A stretch of 50,503 bases of DNA, counting the filler, from Jimgerdemannia flammicorona (Eukaryota), in the NCBI GenBank assembly GCA_003990765.1. It is 2 parts of 2 records of this genome, joined end to end, with 100 filler letters (N's around TTAATTAATTAA, not from the genome) between each part and the next. Parts side by side here need not be neighbours in the genome. Positions count along the whole stretch, not along the records: positions 25,306 to 50,503 come from RBNJ01000867.1; 1 more part is not named here. One strand, given 5' to 3'. Under the pieces are notes generated by a model, which saw only the letters and a program-made list of their open reading frames with translations, ran no database searches and was not told the DNA's origin. Each line of letters opens with the position of its first letter. Positions within the stretch are counted from its first letter, which is position 1. The position numbers and the translations under genes are program-made. This document shows, in pieces, positions 25,480 through 38,860 of the stretch.

Positions 25480-28400
25480 ATAGATTTGTTCTACCAAATG
25501 ACACCTGCGACCTCCCTTCAACCCCTAATCAAGCCACCAGCCCATCAAGGTGTCTTCCATAAGGCTCCGCTATCTCAGCAACCTGACCTTGGAGCCAAGT
25601 TTTCTCCCATCCTTAAAAACAAATAACCAGTGACTGGCCAGCCCTACCCAAATAGCCAAGGCCCAACCCAACATCAGCCACTCCTTCCCCACCCCCCCCA
25701 CCAGTCTTTCCCTTAAATCCTCCCAATGCCCCCACACTTCAGCTCTCCTACCCACTACTCCCAGATGCTCCCCAATGTTCTGCCAAAAGGTTCCAAGTAC
25801 CTCACACTCTCCTAGCCAATGTTCAGATATCTGTACATATCCCCCTTCCTGCCCTACATTATAACACTCTTCACAGTCGAAGCAGCCTCCCTCAATAAGG
25901 TGACCAGAGTGAAAGTTGAGCATGATATTTTGCCTCAGCATATACCACCAGACCACCCAATACTTCAGCAGCAGCCACCTCCTCACCTTGGCACTCCAGG
26001 CCCAAATGCTATGCCAGTCCCACTCCTCGCCGATTCCTACTCTCTGCCAACTGCTAGGCCACTGATCCTGGCCTGGTCCCCATTGGCATTTGATCCCATC
26101 CTCAATGTCAAACTCAATCAAGAGAATACTGCCTAGTAATACTCGGTCCCATCTCCACATCACTGGGTCCCAAGCCTCCTCCCCTTCATTCCCCTGCCAC
26201 CTAATTCCAATGCGGTGCACCCCCTCTGCCACTCCTCACCAGAAGCCTCTGAATCGCAATTGTCCAGAATTCTGAAGGCCCACAAGTGCTAGGAGATCAC
26301 CAGTCGAACCCCTTGGAGAGGACCTCATCTCCCAGACCTTCTGCAGTAGGGGAACCCAACCACTCCCTCCCAACTCCACCGCTCACTTCAGCCACCATAC
26401 TCGCAAACAGTGCAACCTCTTAGGAAAGTCAACCAGCCCAAGTCCCCCACTCGCCACTGGTAAGGACAAGACCTCCCAGCTGATCTGACTCCGCCTTCCA
26501 GCCCAGATCCACCCCTTGGCCAGCTTCATCAAATGCTTTACCACCCAAGCTGGGAAGTCCAGATGATAAGCCAGATACCACACCTTTGGCAGCCAATAGA
26601 TATTCAGAATTGAAACGTGTCCTGCCAGAGACAATTGGCAGCCCCCCCAACTCCGCAGGGCCTCCTCCCAAATGCCAACCTGCTGCTCCCACCAAAGTCT
26701 GGGCAGAACTGACCCATACACTGACAGGTAGATACCCAAGTACCTCACCACCTCACCAGCAGGGATAATTATACCAATAATCTCCCTGCCCACCAGACTA
26801 TTGCCTAACACCATTGTTTCACACTTATGCCAATTAAGTCTAGTCTCAGAGTTTGCCTCATACTACTCCACTGTCTCCTTGAGCTTCTCAACATCCGTAA
26901 TTGATTTCAGACTGACCACCATGTCATCTGCAAATGCCCCTACTTTCCACCTGATGCCAAAGATAGAGAGCCCTACTATCTTCTGCCAGATTCTGTCCAT
27001 GAAGGGATTCAGAGACAAAGCATACAAAATGGGGGATAGTGGGTCCCCCTGGGGCACCCCCCTACCCAGGGAAAATGCCACCCCTCTATGTCCATTACAT
27101 ATGAGTGCTGCCCTACTCCCTTCCAGTAGGCTGATCATGGCGGCCCTGAACTGTTGTGGGACCCCAATCCTATCCAGAACTTTTGCCAGCCAGACCTGTC
27201 GCACTCAGTCATAAGCCTTCTCTTGGTTCAAAAAGACCAGACACCCATCCAGTCCACTGGCTTGAACCCCTTCAATAATGCTGTACACCCATGCTGTATC
27301 ATCCCTGATGAGCCAGCCTCCCACAAAGCCCCGCTGCTCCTCACTCAAGACATGCTGGGCCACCTTTTGCAACCTTGCAACCACCACTTTGGTAACCAAC
27401 TTTCTGTCTATATCCAACAGCATAATCGGCCTCCAGTTCTTCCAGTCCTCTCAGCCGCCTTTGTTCTTATAAAGCAATGTCACCAGCCCTAGATCCTGTT
27501 CTCCCACCTATCTCCCTGTCTGTAGAATCCAATTCCACAGTGCCGTCATCTCTCCCAGTACTCCAGGGACTCCCACCATCCTTTTCCAGAAGTCCCAGGG
27601 CAGACCATCCTCCCCAGGTGCCGTACCCAAGGTTGTTGTGGCAAGAACCTGGTGGATCTCCTCCTCTAGTACCAGCAGTACTAAATCACCCAACCCATCT
27701 GCTCGGGTAGGGTACCAATTCTCCAATGCTCGATCAATGTCCTCAGCATCTGCCCCCCCCTCCTCCTTACTCCACAATCTACTCCAATGCTCCTTTAATG
27801 ATCCAAGAATATCTTGTACCCTATGCACCAATATGCCATCAGCATTAAACACCCCCTCCCACCTTTGCTGCACCCTTCTTGCCTGAAGGGCTCTCGTAAG
27901 AAACTTTGAGGGCCACTCTCCTTCCTCCAGTCCCTGCCAACGAAGTCTCGCTGCCAGACCCTGGACCCTTGCCTCTTCCTCATCCTGCAGTACCTGTTGT
28001 AGTTCCGCCACCTCCATTCGTAACCTTATCAATCACCAGTCCTCCTCCCCCTCTAATGTCGCCAGTCTCGCCCAGTCCTCCAAGAGTCTAGAAAGTCTAC
28101 TAGATGTCCACTGCACCTGCCTCCTCTTCTGTCTCCCAGCCTCCATACCAGCCTCACTCCAGAAGGTCCTGGCCATCTCCTTCATCCTCATCCACTGAAT
28201 ATCCACTGGGACCCCACACTGCCTCCAGCACTCCACCTGCAATTGAACTACTTCAGTCCATTTATTCCACCAGATCTTATCATCTAGTAAGGAGGAATTG
28301 AGGTGCCAATGTCCAGGCCCATCCCCACTTCCCCCAAAATGTCCCTGCCCTAAAAGCCCCAATGATCTGACCAAGGGCACCATTCTGCCTCCAGCGACTT

Positions 28401-29040
28401 CCAAACATCCAAGCCCCAGCACTGGCTGTCAGAATCCAATCAATCCTTGTCCCCAAGCCCCCGGCCCAGTGTGTGTACACCCTCCTATTCCCCCAGCATT
28501 CCCTACCCACATCTATCAGAGCACTCAGTCTTTCCACTTCCTCCCATGCCTCCAGTCCTCCACTCCGACCCACAGCCCCTCGTCCTCCATCAGTTCTATC
28601 CCTCAATACATCGTGGACCATATTGAAGTCCCCACCGAACACATCCACCCCAACATCTGCAAGAATTCCACTCTCCTGTAGGCCTGTCACCCACTCCACC
28701 CACTCACCCTGCACCGCAGGGCAATAACAAGAGCCCACTATGACAGGCTCCCAACCTGTGCATATCCACTCTCCCCAGACCAATCTATCTCCCCAGCTCT
28801 GCACATCCTGTACCTTCCCTCTGCCTTTCCGCACCAGAATTCCAACCTTGCCCTTCCAGACTGCCTCACCTCCCCACTCCTTCATCCATTCCAATCTATC
28901 TAAGTCATCCTCACACCTGACATCCTGCAAGAGGAAGAGATCAGCCTCCAATTCCTTCAGCCAAGTAAAAATGTTCCTACATTGATAAGCCCCCTGTAAC
29001 CCATTCACATTCAGGAAAAAATGTTGGTTGTACTATTCAT
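25480..29040 (-). pseudogene. LINE ORF2 (APE endonuclease - reverse transcriptase - Cys/His domain), with stops and frameshifts
   Basis: Consecutive ORF pieces 28280-29008, 28033-28422, 27508-28032, 27205-27423, 26863-27204, 26383-26814 and 25570-26232. Confidence 0.9.
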
Positions 29041-29049
29041 AAGGAAGAT

Positions 29050-31105
29050 TATATAGTTTCAGATGAGTCCTTTACTGCTCCATGTCCACTTTCTCCTATG
29101 CCCTATCCAGGTCGTGCTCAGCAATAACTTCTTCTTTCTTGGCCCTCTTAGCCTCCAATTCAGCCAGGATCTCAGCCATCTCCCCATCCTTCTTTTCCTC
29201 AAACTCCTCATGGTACTCTATACAAGCCTCCTGCCAGAGCTGCAGTCCATGCTGCTTAGTCCAACAGTGCGCAGCCTGCTCACCCGCCATGACTGCCAGA
29301 GTAGCTTCCCTCTCCTTATCCACCTCATACCCCTCTTCCTCCAAGTATACTACCAGAATTTCTGCCTTCAATGCTGCCACCACTCCATCACCCTGCAGGA
29401 TCCTCGTCCAATGCTCATCGCTCATCACCCGGAGGTCAACTTCCCCCAGCTCCTCTGCCACCAAGTTGTTCATCATCCGGTACACCCAAAGCAAGTTTCC
29501 CACCTCCTTCCCTCCTGGGGTCGCTGGTCTCCCCCCATCCAACATTGTAGTGTCAGCCCCTATACTCACCAACTCATTCCATCCCTCCTCTGGGACATCC
29601 ACCAATTCCTCTTCCCCAGTCACCTCTACCAATCCCCCCTTTGCCACATTTGGGACTCCAAAGCATACCTGCTGAGTACCGTGCATCGGCACATCCTCCA
29701 CCACTCTACGGCTTGCCACCGGACCCCTTCTGATAAGGGGAGAGGGTGAAGATGAATCCTCCCAGGTTTCCTCCCAAACCTCGAGTGTGCCATCTTCATA
29801 TGGATTCCTGCTCGGCCCCTTCCCAGCCTCCATCTGCCCCTCCTCCTCATTCTTTCCACTCTCAGCAGCCCAGACACTCACCTCAGCACCTCCCGTGGTT
29901 GCACCATCACTTGCCTTCCTCATCGCCCCTGCCCCCATTTTCACCAAAAATTTCCTCTGCCTTCTGCATCCTTGAGACCTCTCCCACACCTCCTTGTTGA
30001 TGCGAACTCTCTTCCCTCCAACCACCTCAAGATGCCTTGCCTCCTCGAATGCCTTCCAAGCCTTCAACCTCCTCTCCACCACCCCACTCAACTCCTTCAG
30101 CACTTCCAGCAAATCCTCCTCCTCCTCCTCGCTCCCCTTTACTCTCGTCACCTTACACAAGAAAGCCCCTCACACTATCACTGAGGGCCAGTCCCAAGCC
30201 TTCCCAGCAGCCTCCCTCCCGGCCAACCGAATCCTGACATCAACATCCCCTGTCTGGAGGGAGGTTCCTTCCCACACTCTGAACCCAATATCGACCACCT
30301 CCCCATACTCTGCCATGATCTCCTCAACCCTCTTCCTCATCTCTACAGCAGTAACTGTGGGAACTCCTTTTACAAGAAGCTGTACTACTCTTGGGTCCCA
30401 CCTCAGGCATCTCATCATCAGTATGCATACCTCACACACTTTCATTCCAGCCTTCAAAGCCTCCTCCAGTGGTCCAGCCTCCTCAAATCCCACCTCTACC
30501 CCTTCTAGGCCCTTCAGGAACTTAACAGATGCTGCACCACTCATCTGCTTCATGATCAGCCCCAGAACTATTTTTGCCATCACCACTAAGCCCTGGAAAC
30601 ACATCGTGACTGCAAATTACGAGATCGACTTTTTGAGTAACAGAGCCACCGCCAGTCCCATTACACCATCCACCAGGTCCCCAGGCCTTGTGCCCTTCCC
30701 ACTGCTCAGCTCATCATCAGCAGTCCCATCTAGATTTTTTTCCAGATTGCCCATCACACCTCCATCAGCAGTCCTCACCTCAGCCGCAACCCCCCCAGCT
30801 CCACCCCTATGGCCCTCCAGAGAGGTACCCCCAAGAGGTTGCTGTCTTGTGGCCCTCACTGGCACCTTTTCCCCCCTCAGCCAGCTCTCCAGTCCAGCTC
30901 CCTGCTGACCCCCCTTCACCTTCTCTGCAAAACTCACTCCGCCAGACCCTTGACCCCCAGCTCCGCCCCCTCCTCCACCACATCCTCCTGCCAGCAGGCC
31001 CCTCATACTTCCCCCCAGGCTGGGGCCTCTCCCTACTTGCTGCCATTCGAATGCTCCAGGGCCACCCTGCCCAGTATGCACCTCAGAATGCTTGTTGGTT
31101 GCCAT
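29050..31105 (-). pseudogene. LINE ORF1 (Gly-rich N-terminus, possible RRM-like segment, acidic coiled-coil C-terminus), disrupted
   Basis: ATG at 31105 (MATNKH...); ORF pieces 30617-31105, 30170-30604 and 29096-30160 lie directly upstream of ORF2. Confidence 0.75.
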
Positions 31106-32211
31106 GATACTAGTAGCTTGTCTCCAGAAACTGTGTCGAAAGTGTTGAGTGCAGCCAAGACACCTGAAATGGGTAGCCTCGGGCCTCCTGACCCCCCCTG
31201 ACGACTGGGGCCCAACCCCGCTGACCACCAAAAGAAGCTGATAGTGACACCTACCACCTAACTACGCCGCACCAATCAAAAGGCCCCACTGAAGCAGCAC
31301 CTGCCCCAGCTCTGATGACCACCCCCAGCCTGGCACCCTACTGGTTCACCATTATCGCCCTTCCTCCTATCTGTGACGGCCATCTCCCCTCTCATCCCGA
31401 CAACACCCGAAAAACAGTCACCTACGCCAGAACCGTGCTCGCCAGGAAGCTCACCAAAGCCAGAGGGCCCCACCACAGGCACCGAGGACCTGCAGGTAAC
31501 CTACACTGAGCACTTGACACCCAAGGTCGGCCGACTCCCTATGTAGCCCAAGACACACCGAGACAACTCCTTGTTGGTGACGGCAAAAGGAAGAAGGCGC
31601 CGCACCAAAACGGGTATACCCCAGATGTAGCCGAAGGCACCAGAATCCATGAAAAAGTGGAGGAAGTACCGATCCGACACCAATAAAGGGGCAACTCATC
31701 ACCATTGCCCTCCTCCCACCATATCCCTGCAGGCACAGCAAACCAACCCGAGGTAGAGGGGGTAATAATAGGGGAAAGGGGACTCGGAAGGTCACCTACC
31801 AAACCTTATAACTGGTAAGGTAGCGGAGAAAGGAGCTAGTGCTACATCCATATCTAGCATAGTCTAGATAGCCCCTCACTAGTATAAATACCCCCTCCCC
31901 CAGACCTCAGAATCTCAGACTTAAACAATTTGAATACAACTCCTGAGCACTTCCCCACAATATCCCTTCATACAACTACTCCTAGTATAGCAATATCATG
32001 AATAGCGAATAAACCTATTTAATAACCCACAAACTACTCTTAAGTAAATCTGCTCCCTGTTAGATCCCACTTCTAACCCTGTCATGAAATTTCCTAATTG
32101 GGTATTGTCTGCAGCAATACGCCAATTCAACTAAGCTGGTCTTAGTTTCTTGAACTTCCTGAAATACGGAAAATCCTGAACATCCAGAACTAGTCTGAAA
32201 AAGGACTTTGG

Positions 32212-35200
32212 TTGAGACATCAATTCAATCTTGAAATCAATAAGCGTAGAGGACATACTCCATATGAAATTGATCTTGACCTTAAGAAAACAGTATTTCA
32301 GAATATCCAGAACTTTCAGAAAACCCTTCCAGAACTACGTAACGGTTACCCAAAAAAGCAACCCTCTTACAACTTGGTAGCAGCAGTTTACAATCCAATT
32401 CCGCTTCAAGACGCTTCCTCACCCTGCTACAAACCCCTCTGCGAATTCCTACAAGTTGGTATAAAGCCCAACCTCTGAACTGGAATTTATCCTGCACCAT
32501 CTGACAATCTGGAGAGAATTGAACCTGACATACAAGGACAATTTGACCTCCACACCTGTAACAAGTGGGACAAACTTCACTCAAAGAAAGAAGTACTCCG
32601 ATTAAACCAGCAAATAGGCAAAATCCTATTCACTGAACCCCTTGCACTACACCCAGCAAGTCAAGATGAAGAAGGTCTTATAGAAGCCTTCTTTACTCTC
32701 CTCAATAAGAGTTTTATCAGCTCCACAAATCCGAGTGACCTAGGACAACCAGCAGCAGTCTTTTTAGCCTTAGTTCCTCATGAAGCCCAAGCCTCAGTAG
32801 CCAAGTGGCTCAACTCTACTGACTTTCACCATACCAGGACCAAAACTGTATTATACTACTAATTCCAGAACAGTAAGGCCCACTATATTCTTAAAGAAGA
32901 AGCAAGAGAAACCCTTCATCAACTACCTGACCCTGAACCAGAAGCAGGCCCTGCTACAGCTCTACCTGAATCAGAAACCAACACTGAACCAGAACTTGAC
33001 TTTGAATTAAGTCTATCTGAAATCAGATATATAACTGATTTCATCTACTTTGACACTGAGCAAACTCAATTCCATGGAGACCAAACTATAGAGGAGGAGG
33101 AGTATCTCAGTGAATTCGATCCCGGATACACTACCGAAGGAGATACACCTCCATCAGGCCAGAACATACCTACACAGCAACAAACAGCTATCTATCAAGC
33201 CCACTCCAGACCCACAACTACTACTCCAGCAACTTATACAGACTCAAAGAACACCCTCACACTCTGCATCAGTACCTCAAGTAGTACCAGTAACACCACT
33301 ACCAGTAGTCCAACCACCTCCAGTAAACAATTTGGCAAACCAACAGATTCTAGACCTCACAGCCCAGGTAGCCATAATGGCAGCAACCATTACTGCCTTA
33401 GCCGAACAAACCCAACCTACCAAAAATCTGAGCCTACCTACCTTCAATGATACTGCACAAGAAGTTCAAAGCTTCATTAGTATAGTTGATACCAACTTTG
33501 AAGTCAATCAATGGACTAATGAGTGAGTTGCTGACCATCTTCTGACAAACAATCAAGACCACACTCTGGAACAACTCTTTGCTACTACAGCCTATGTCCA
33601 CCAAGTTGTTATATTCTTCTGAGGACCTGTCGAAGAATGGTGGTGAACTCTTCCTGAAAAACTCCTTATATGGGATATCCAACCTGCAGTAGTTGCTCAG
33701 AATGCAGCAAACAATGCCCCAGGATATGGAGCCCATCCTGCAGCCTCTGGACTCAAACAACTCATGATTGCTCAATACCGCAGCGAAACCATGATTGCTG
33801 AATCTCAAGTAAAACTCTGCAATCTCAAATTCAATGTACATGGCAAAGAAGAATTCGAAACCTTCTGTACAAAACTCGAATCACTCCTGAATATCATTGG
33901 CCTAGAATACATTGCCAATGACAAAGCACGAAATGGTATAAGAGCAGACCATTTATTCAATGTCCTGCCGGAATGGCTTACTAGAAAAATCCGAGAACAA
34001 GGCTGCTCAGTTGGTTGTGATCACCAACAATGGTGCCTAGCAAGAATCAAGACTATGGTCAAGCGAATCCTAACAGCTGGACCAATGCTGCCCTGAAGAC
34101 AATTCAACAACAAGGAAAAGACTTGGACCAAGAAAGAAGAACCCAAGCATGAAGCATCCCAAGCTCCCTCCACATCCACCTTATGGACACCCAGAAATCA
34201 TGAACCCACTCAGCTGAGTACCTTTAAGAAACTCACTGAAGGAGAAAGGAATGAACTCCGAAGAAGTAGAGCATACTTCTATTGCTGAAAGACAGGATAC
34301 ATAGCCAGTACCTGCCCTAACCGAAAACCCCGAACAGCAACAAGAGCAACAGTTACCATGCTGCACCACCTAAACAACCTGACTACCAGAATACTAGACT
34401 TTGTCAAGTTAAGATAAACTGCGAAGGCCCCAACCAAAGGAAGTCAAATAGCAGCTGGATATGACCTGTATGCAGCTGAAGAAGCTACAGTTTCTAACTA
34501 AGAAGTCAAGCAAGTCTACACAGAAATCAGTATCCAAATTCCTGAAGGACATATTGGAAGAATATGCTGTCGCAGCAGCCTAGCACTGAAAGGACTCTCA
34601 GTAGAAGGAGGAGTCATTGATGAGGATTATACAGACGAAATTATTGTCCTCATCCGAAACCACAGTTGGACACCCTTCAAGATCCCCATAGGTTTCTACA
34701 TTGCCCAGATCCTATTCAAAAAAATTGAGTCAACTCTGACAGTCAAAGAGGTCCCTGAACTACTGCCCACCATCTGAGGATCCAAAGGATTTGGCTCATC
34801 AAAAAAGGCCCCAGTCTAACCTACTATGAACAAAGAAGAACAATTCTACAAGAAAATTGAAGACGGATATATACCAAGTGACTGATGCCCTCATGGCATT
34901 GTAATGTACTCTTCCCGAATGATTGATGATTTCTTCTCTTGTGTCAATGAACTGGCTCAAAGAAGAACCAACAGAAGGAAAGCTCCCACAACTGAAATCA
35001 CTACTATTAGATCAGACAAACTGCTTACACTTAAAGCTTTTGTTAATCAAGCACCAGTCAAGATTATGATTGACAGCGGTACTTCCAGGAATTTCATCAA
35101 TGAAGAAACAGCCAACAGACTCAAGGTCTTCACCTCTCCAGTACAACAAACTCAAGCAGTTGCTACAGCTGATGGAACCTCACATGTCATTAGCAAAGAA

Positions 35201-38200
35201 GTCCACAACCTATCCTTCCGAATTGGTAACTATCGAGTACATATTACTCTCCAAATTGTACCACTTCCTGACAATGAGATCATTCTTGAAACACCATGAT
35301 TGAACCAAGAGAACCCCATGATCGATTGGGTAAACCATTCTCTGACCATTAAGAAAGGATGCCATAATTTCAAACTGCAAGGTGAAAAGGACCCACTCAA
35401 CTCTAGCAACCCTGGACCAAAGATCACTCATATCAACAAGCTACAACTTAAGAAATTAGCCAAGAAATGCCCTTTCTTTGCTATCTCTATCTGCCTATCC
35501 AAAGGAGAACCTGAGAACTCTGAAGAAGACTTTTCCAAAGTCAACAGCTGTATTAGACCCCTACTCCAGAAATTCTGAGACATATTCCCAAAGAAGCTTC
35601 CGAAAGGCCTACCTCCTAAACGAGCAGTAGACCATGCGATCAAGACCATTCCAGATGTCAAGCCAGCCTTCAAGTCAATCTACCACATGTCTCTGAGAGA
35701 AATAGATGCACTCAAGAAGGAAATAAATGAACTCCTAGAACAAGGATTCATCAGACCCAGTATATCACCCTATGGTGCACCAGTCCTCTTTGTTGTAAAG
35801 AAAGAAGAAGACCTGCGAATGTATATTGATTACCGAGACCTTAATGAACAGACCATCAAGAACTGTTGCCCACTATCAAGAATCGATGAAATATTCGATA
35901 GGCTTACCAACTCACAATTCATGAGCTCTTTTGATCTATAAAATGGTTACTGGCAAATTGCTATGAAAGAAGAAGACATCTACAAGACAGTCTTCCAAAC
36001 CCACTATGGACACTTCAAATTCCTAGTTATGTCCTTTGGCTTAACTAATGCTCCAGCAACCTTCCAGACCCTGATGAATACCATCCTATACCCCTATCTA
36101 GACAAATTTGTTGTTGTCTATATTGATGACATCCTAGTCTTCAGCAAAACTCTGGAGGAACATCTCAAACATCTTGAACTAGTACTACTGAAACTGCGAG
36201 AAAACCGACTCTTCACAAAACTCAGCAAATGCGAATTTCTCCTGAAAGAAATTCAATTTCTTGGACACATTGTCACACCAAATGGAATCAAAGTGGACCT
36301 CAGCAAAATCTCCACAATCAAAGATTGGCCCAGACCTAAGAAGCTGAAAGACCTCCAGTCATTCCTAGGACTAGCAAATTATTACAGGCGATTTATTGCT
36401 AACTTCACCAAGATTGCTACTGCCCTGACTCAAATGACCAAGCATAGCAAGAAAGAGGAACAGCCCTGGACCACGAAACAAGAGAAAGACTTCAACAACC
36501 TTGTAAATTGGGGACCCAAACAAGATACTGCCTTTCAAGCACTAAAGGATGCCCTGATAACTACCCCAGTACTTCAAGCAGCAAATTCTGCTCTGCCATA
36601 TAAAGTTACTACTGATGCCTCTGACCTAGCTCTTGGAGCAGTACTCATGCAAGAAGGACACTCTGTGGCCTATCACTCCCGCAAGTTCAATGATGCTGAA
36701 ATTAACTACACAACTCACAAGAAGGAAATGCTAGCCATTGTAGACACTCTGATCAAATGGCGACCCTACCTAGAAGGAGCACACTTCACTATATTGACTG
36801 ACCACAAGTCATTAGTTAACATCAAGACCCAGGCTACTCTTTCTTGAAAGCAAGCCAGATGGATGAAAGTCCTCACCAACTTTGACTATGAAATCCAGTA
36901 CCGCTCTGGCAAGGAAAACATTGTTGCCGATGCAATCTCCAGACCACTAATTGAAGAAGTTATCCAAACCCTCACCTTGGTTACAAACTCCATCATGGAA
37001 CAAATTATCACAGTATGTGCTGATGATAAGGAAGCTCAAGTACTTCGAGAAATCCTAAATAGTGACAATGCTGATAAGCATACCCAATATCATCAATACC
37101 AACTCAAGGACAATGCTATCTACTACAAGAATAGATTGTATGTTCCAAACAACCGAGACCTCCGAAGGACTATCCTATTCGAATGTTATGATGCACCTAT
37201 AGCTGGACATTTAGGATTTAACAAATGCTATGAAGTTATCTTCTGAAACTTCTATTGGCCCCACATAGAAGATCAGCTAAAAACCTACATTACTTCCTGT
37301 GATGCCTGCCAACGCAATAAGTCCTCAACACTAGCAAAACCTGGCCTACTCCACCCTATCCCGGTACCATCTGCAAATTGGGAACAAATCTCTATAGACT
37401 TCATTATACAACTACCCTGAACAAAGAATAGGAAGGATGCAATTGTTATCTTCATAGACTATCTCAGCAAACAGGCCTACTTTGTGCTAACTACTACTAC
37501 TGCAATAGCACCAGACATAGCCATACTCTTGTTTGACAATATCTTCCGCTATCATGGTCTTCCTAAGATTATTGTTAGTGACCAAGATCCAAAATTTACC
37601 AGCCATTTTTAGAAAGCCCTCCATGCACACCTTGGAACAAAACTTGCACTATCCACAGCCTTTCACCCTGAAACCAATGGCCAAACCGAAAGAATGAACC
37701 AAACTCTGGAACAAATACTAAGAAACTATGTTTCCTACAGACAAGATGATTGGTATGAACACCTCACTGCAGTTGAGTTTGCCTATAACAATAGCAAGCA
37801 AGCCTCTCTTGGAATGACCCCATTCTTTGCCAACACTGGACAAAACCCAAACACTTCTCTGACACTTATCTGAACTACTGAAGAACTCTCCACAGTTGAA
37901 GCTATTGAAGAATTCCTGCTCCAAATGCATAATCTAAGCTAGATCGCAATTGAGAATTTATCACGAGCTCAAGAACAACAGTCACAGTATATTAACCAAC
38001 ACCACCAAGAAGAAACCTTTGATATTGGAGAAAAAGTTCTACTAGATATCTGAGGATACTGAGTTGACAATCTTAAGCATAGACCATCTACAAAACTGAA
38101 CAGTAAGTTCATAGGACCATTTGAAGTCATTGCATAAGTCTCTCCAACCTCTTACAAATTGATGCTACCAGACATCATTAAGATCCACCCAGTCTTCAAT

Positions 38201-38461
38201 GTCCAATGTCTCAAGTGATACAACAAGAATGATGATGAACTATTCCCAAACCAGACCACTGAACCACCTGCATCTGTCATTATTAATGATCAAGAAGAGT
38301 ACAAAGTTGAACAAATCCTCAACAAATGTGGCCACAAGAACCACCCTGAGTATTTTGTCAAATGGAAAGGATACCCGATTCATGATGCAACATGGAAACC
38401 CAAGACCAACCTCCAGAATGCTACCAACTTAGTTCAGGAATATGATTTCTTGAACAACTAA
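32212..38461 (+). pseudogene. B2 polyprotein frame (N-terminal extension - Gag - zinc knuckle - dUTPase - PR - RT - RH - IN - chromodomain)
   Basis: Consecutive ORF pieces joined over single stops. A 2-nt deletion at ~33200 is absent from the B1 copy. Confidence 0.85.
34394..34800 (+). pseudogene. dUTPase domain of B2
   Basis: AAGYDLY...GRICCRSSLA...GGVIDEDYTDEI...IAQILF...*GSKGFGSS: all five trimeric dUTPase motifs. Confidence 0.95.
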
Positions 38462-38860
38462 AAACCTGAATACTCCAATACCTACTAGTACATACTATAT
38501 ATTACTCTCCTGGACACTATAATTATCATGAACAAAATCAAGAACTCAGCAAGTCAAGACAAAAAATACTGACCCTCTAGAAAAATAGCAAAACTGAAAG
38601 CAAGCCTATTCTCCTTATACCACTGGTGGAAAACGAGGCATAGACATTTAAGAAGATTCCTTAGAGGAAATTCTCCAGCAGTGAATGACATCAGAATCAC
38701 TTCCGGTGCACAGCATCAAATATATGACCCTTTAATGTGTGAATCTAATACATTAGGCAACTGTACTATGAGCATGTCACCTTCTGAGAAAAATGGACTT
38801 CACCAGACTTTTGACCTTCTAAACGGTATAACAATACTAGAACTAAATTAGAAGGCTCCG

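Larger units (their letters stand above)
25306..31836 (-). mobile_element. Near full-length L1/Tx1-type non-LTR retrotransposon (~730-bp 5' UTR, ORF1, ORF2, poly(A)), inserted into the 5' LTR of B2
   Basis: APE endonuclease motifs (NVNGL, GDFN, RID), RT motifs (QGDPLSP, FADD, YLG), C-terminal CEEC..EH..C. GC-rich; poly(T) at 25306-25323; the 5' end abuts family-B LTR sequence at 31837. Confidence 0.95.

Noticed and set aside
25819..31201. Long plus-strand ORFs (up to 304 aa) opposite the LINE
   Set aside because: Ser/Pro-rich shadow frames of a G-rich sense strand; no recognisable domains.
31686..31712. TGATGAG within a GGGCAA/TTGCCC hairpin in the LINE 5' UTR as a hammerhead core or C box
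   Set aside because: It lacks the C of CUGANGA and I could not place a GAAA or D-box partner with the required stems.
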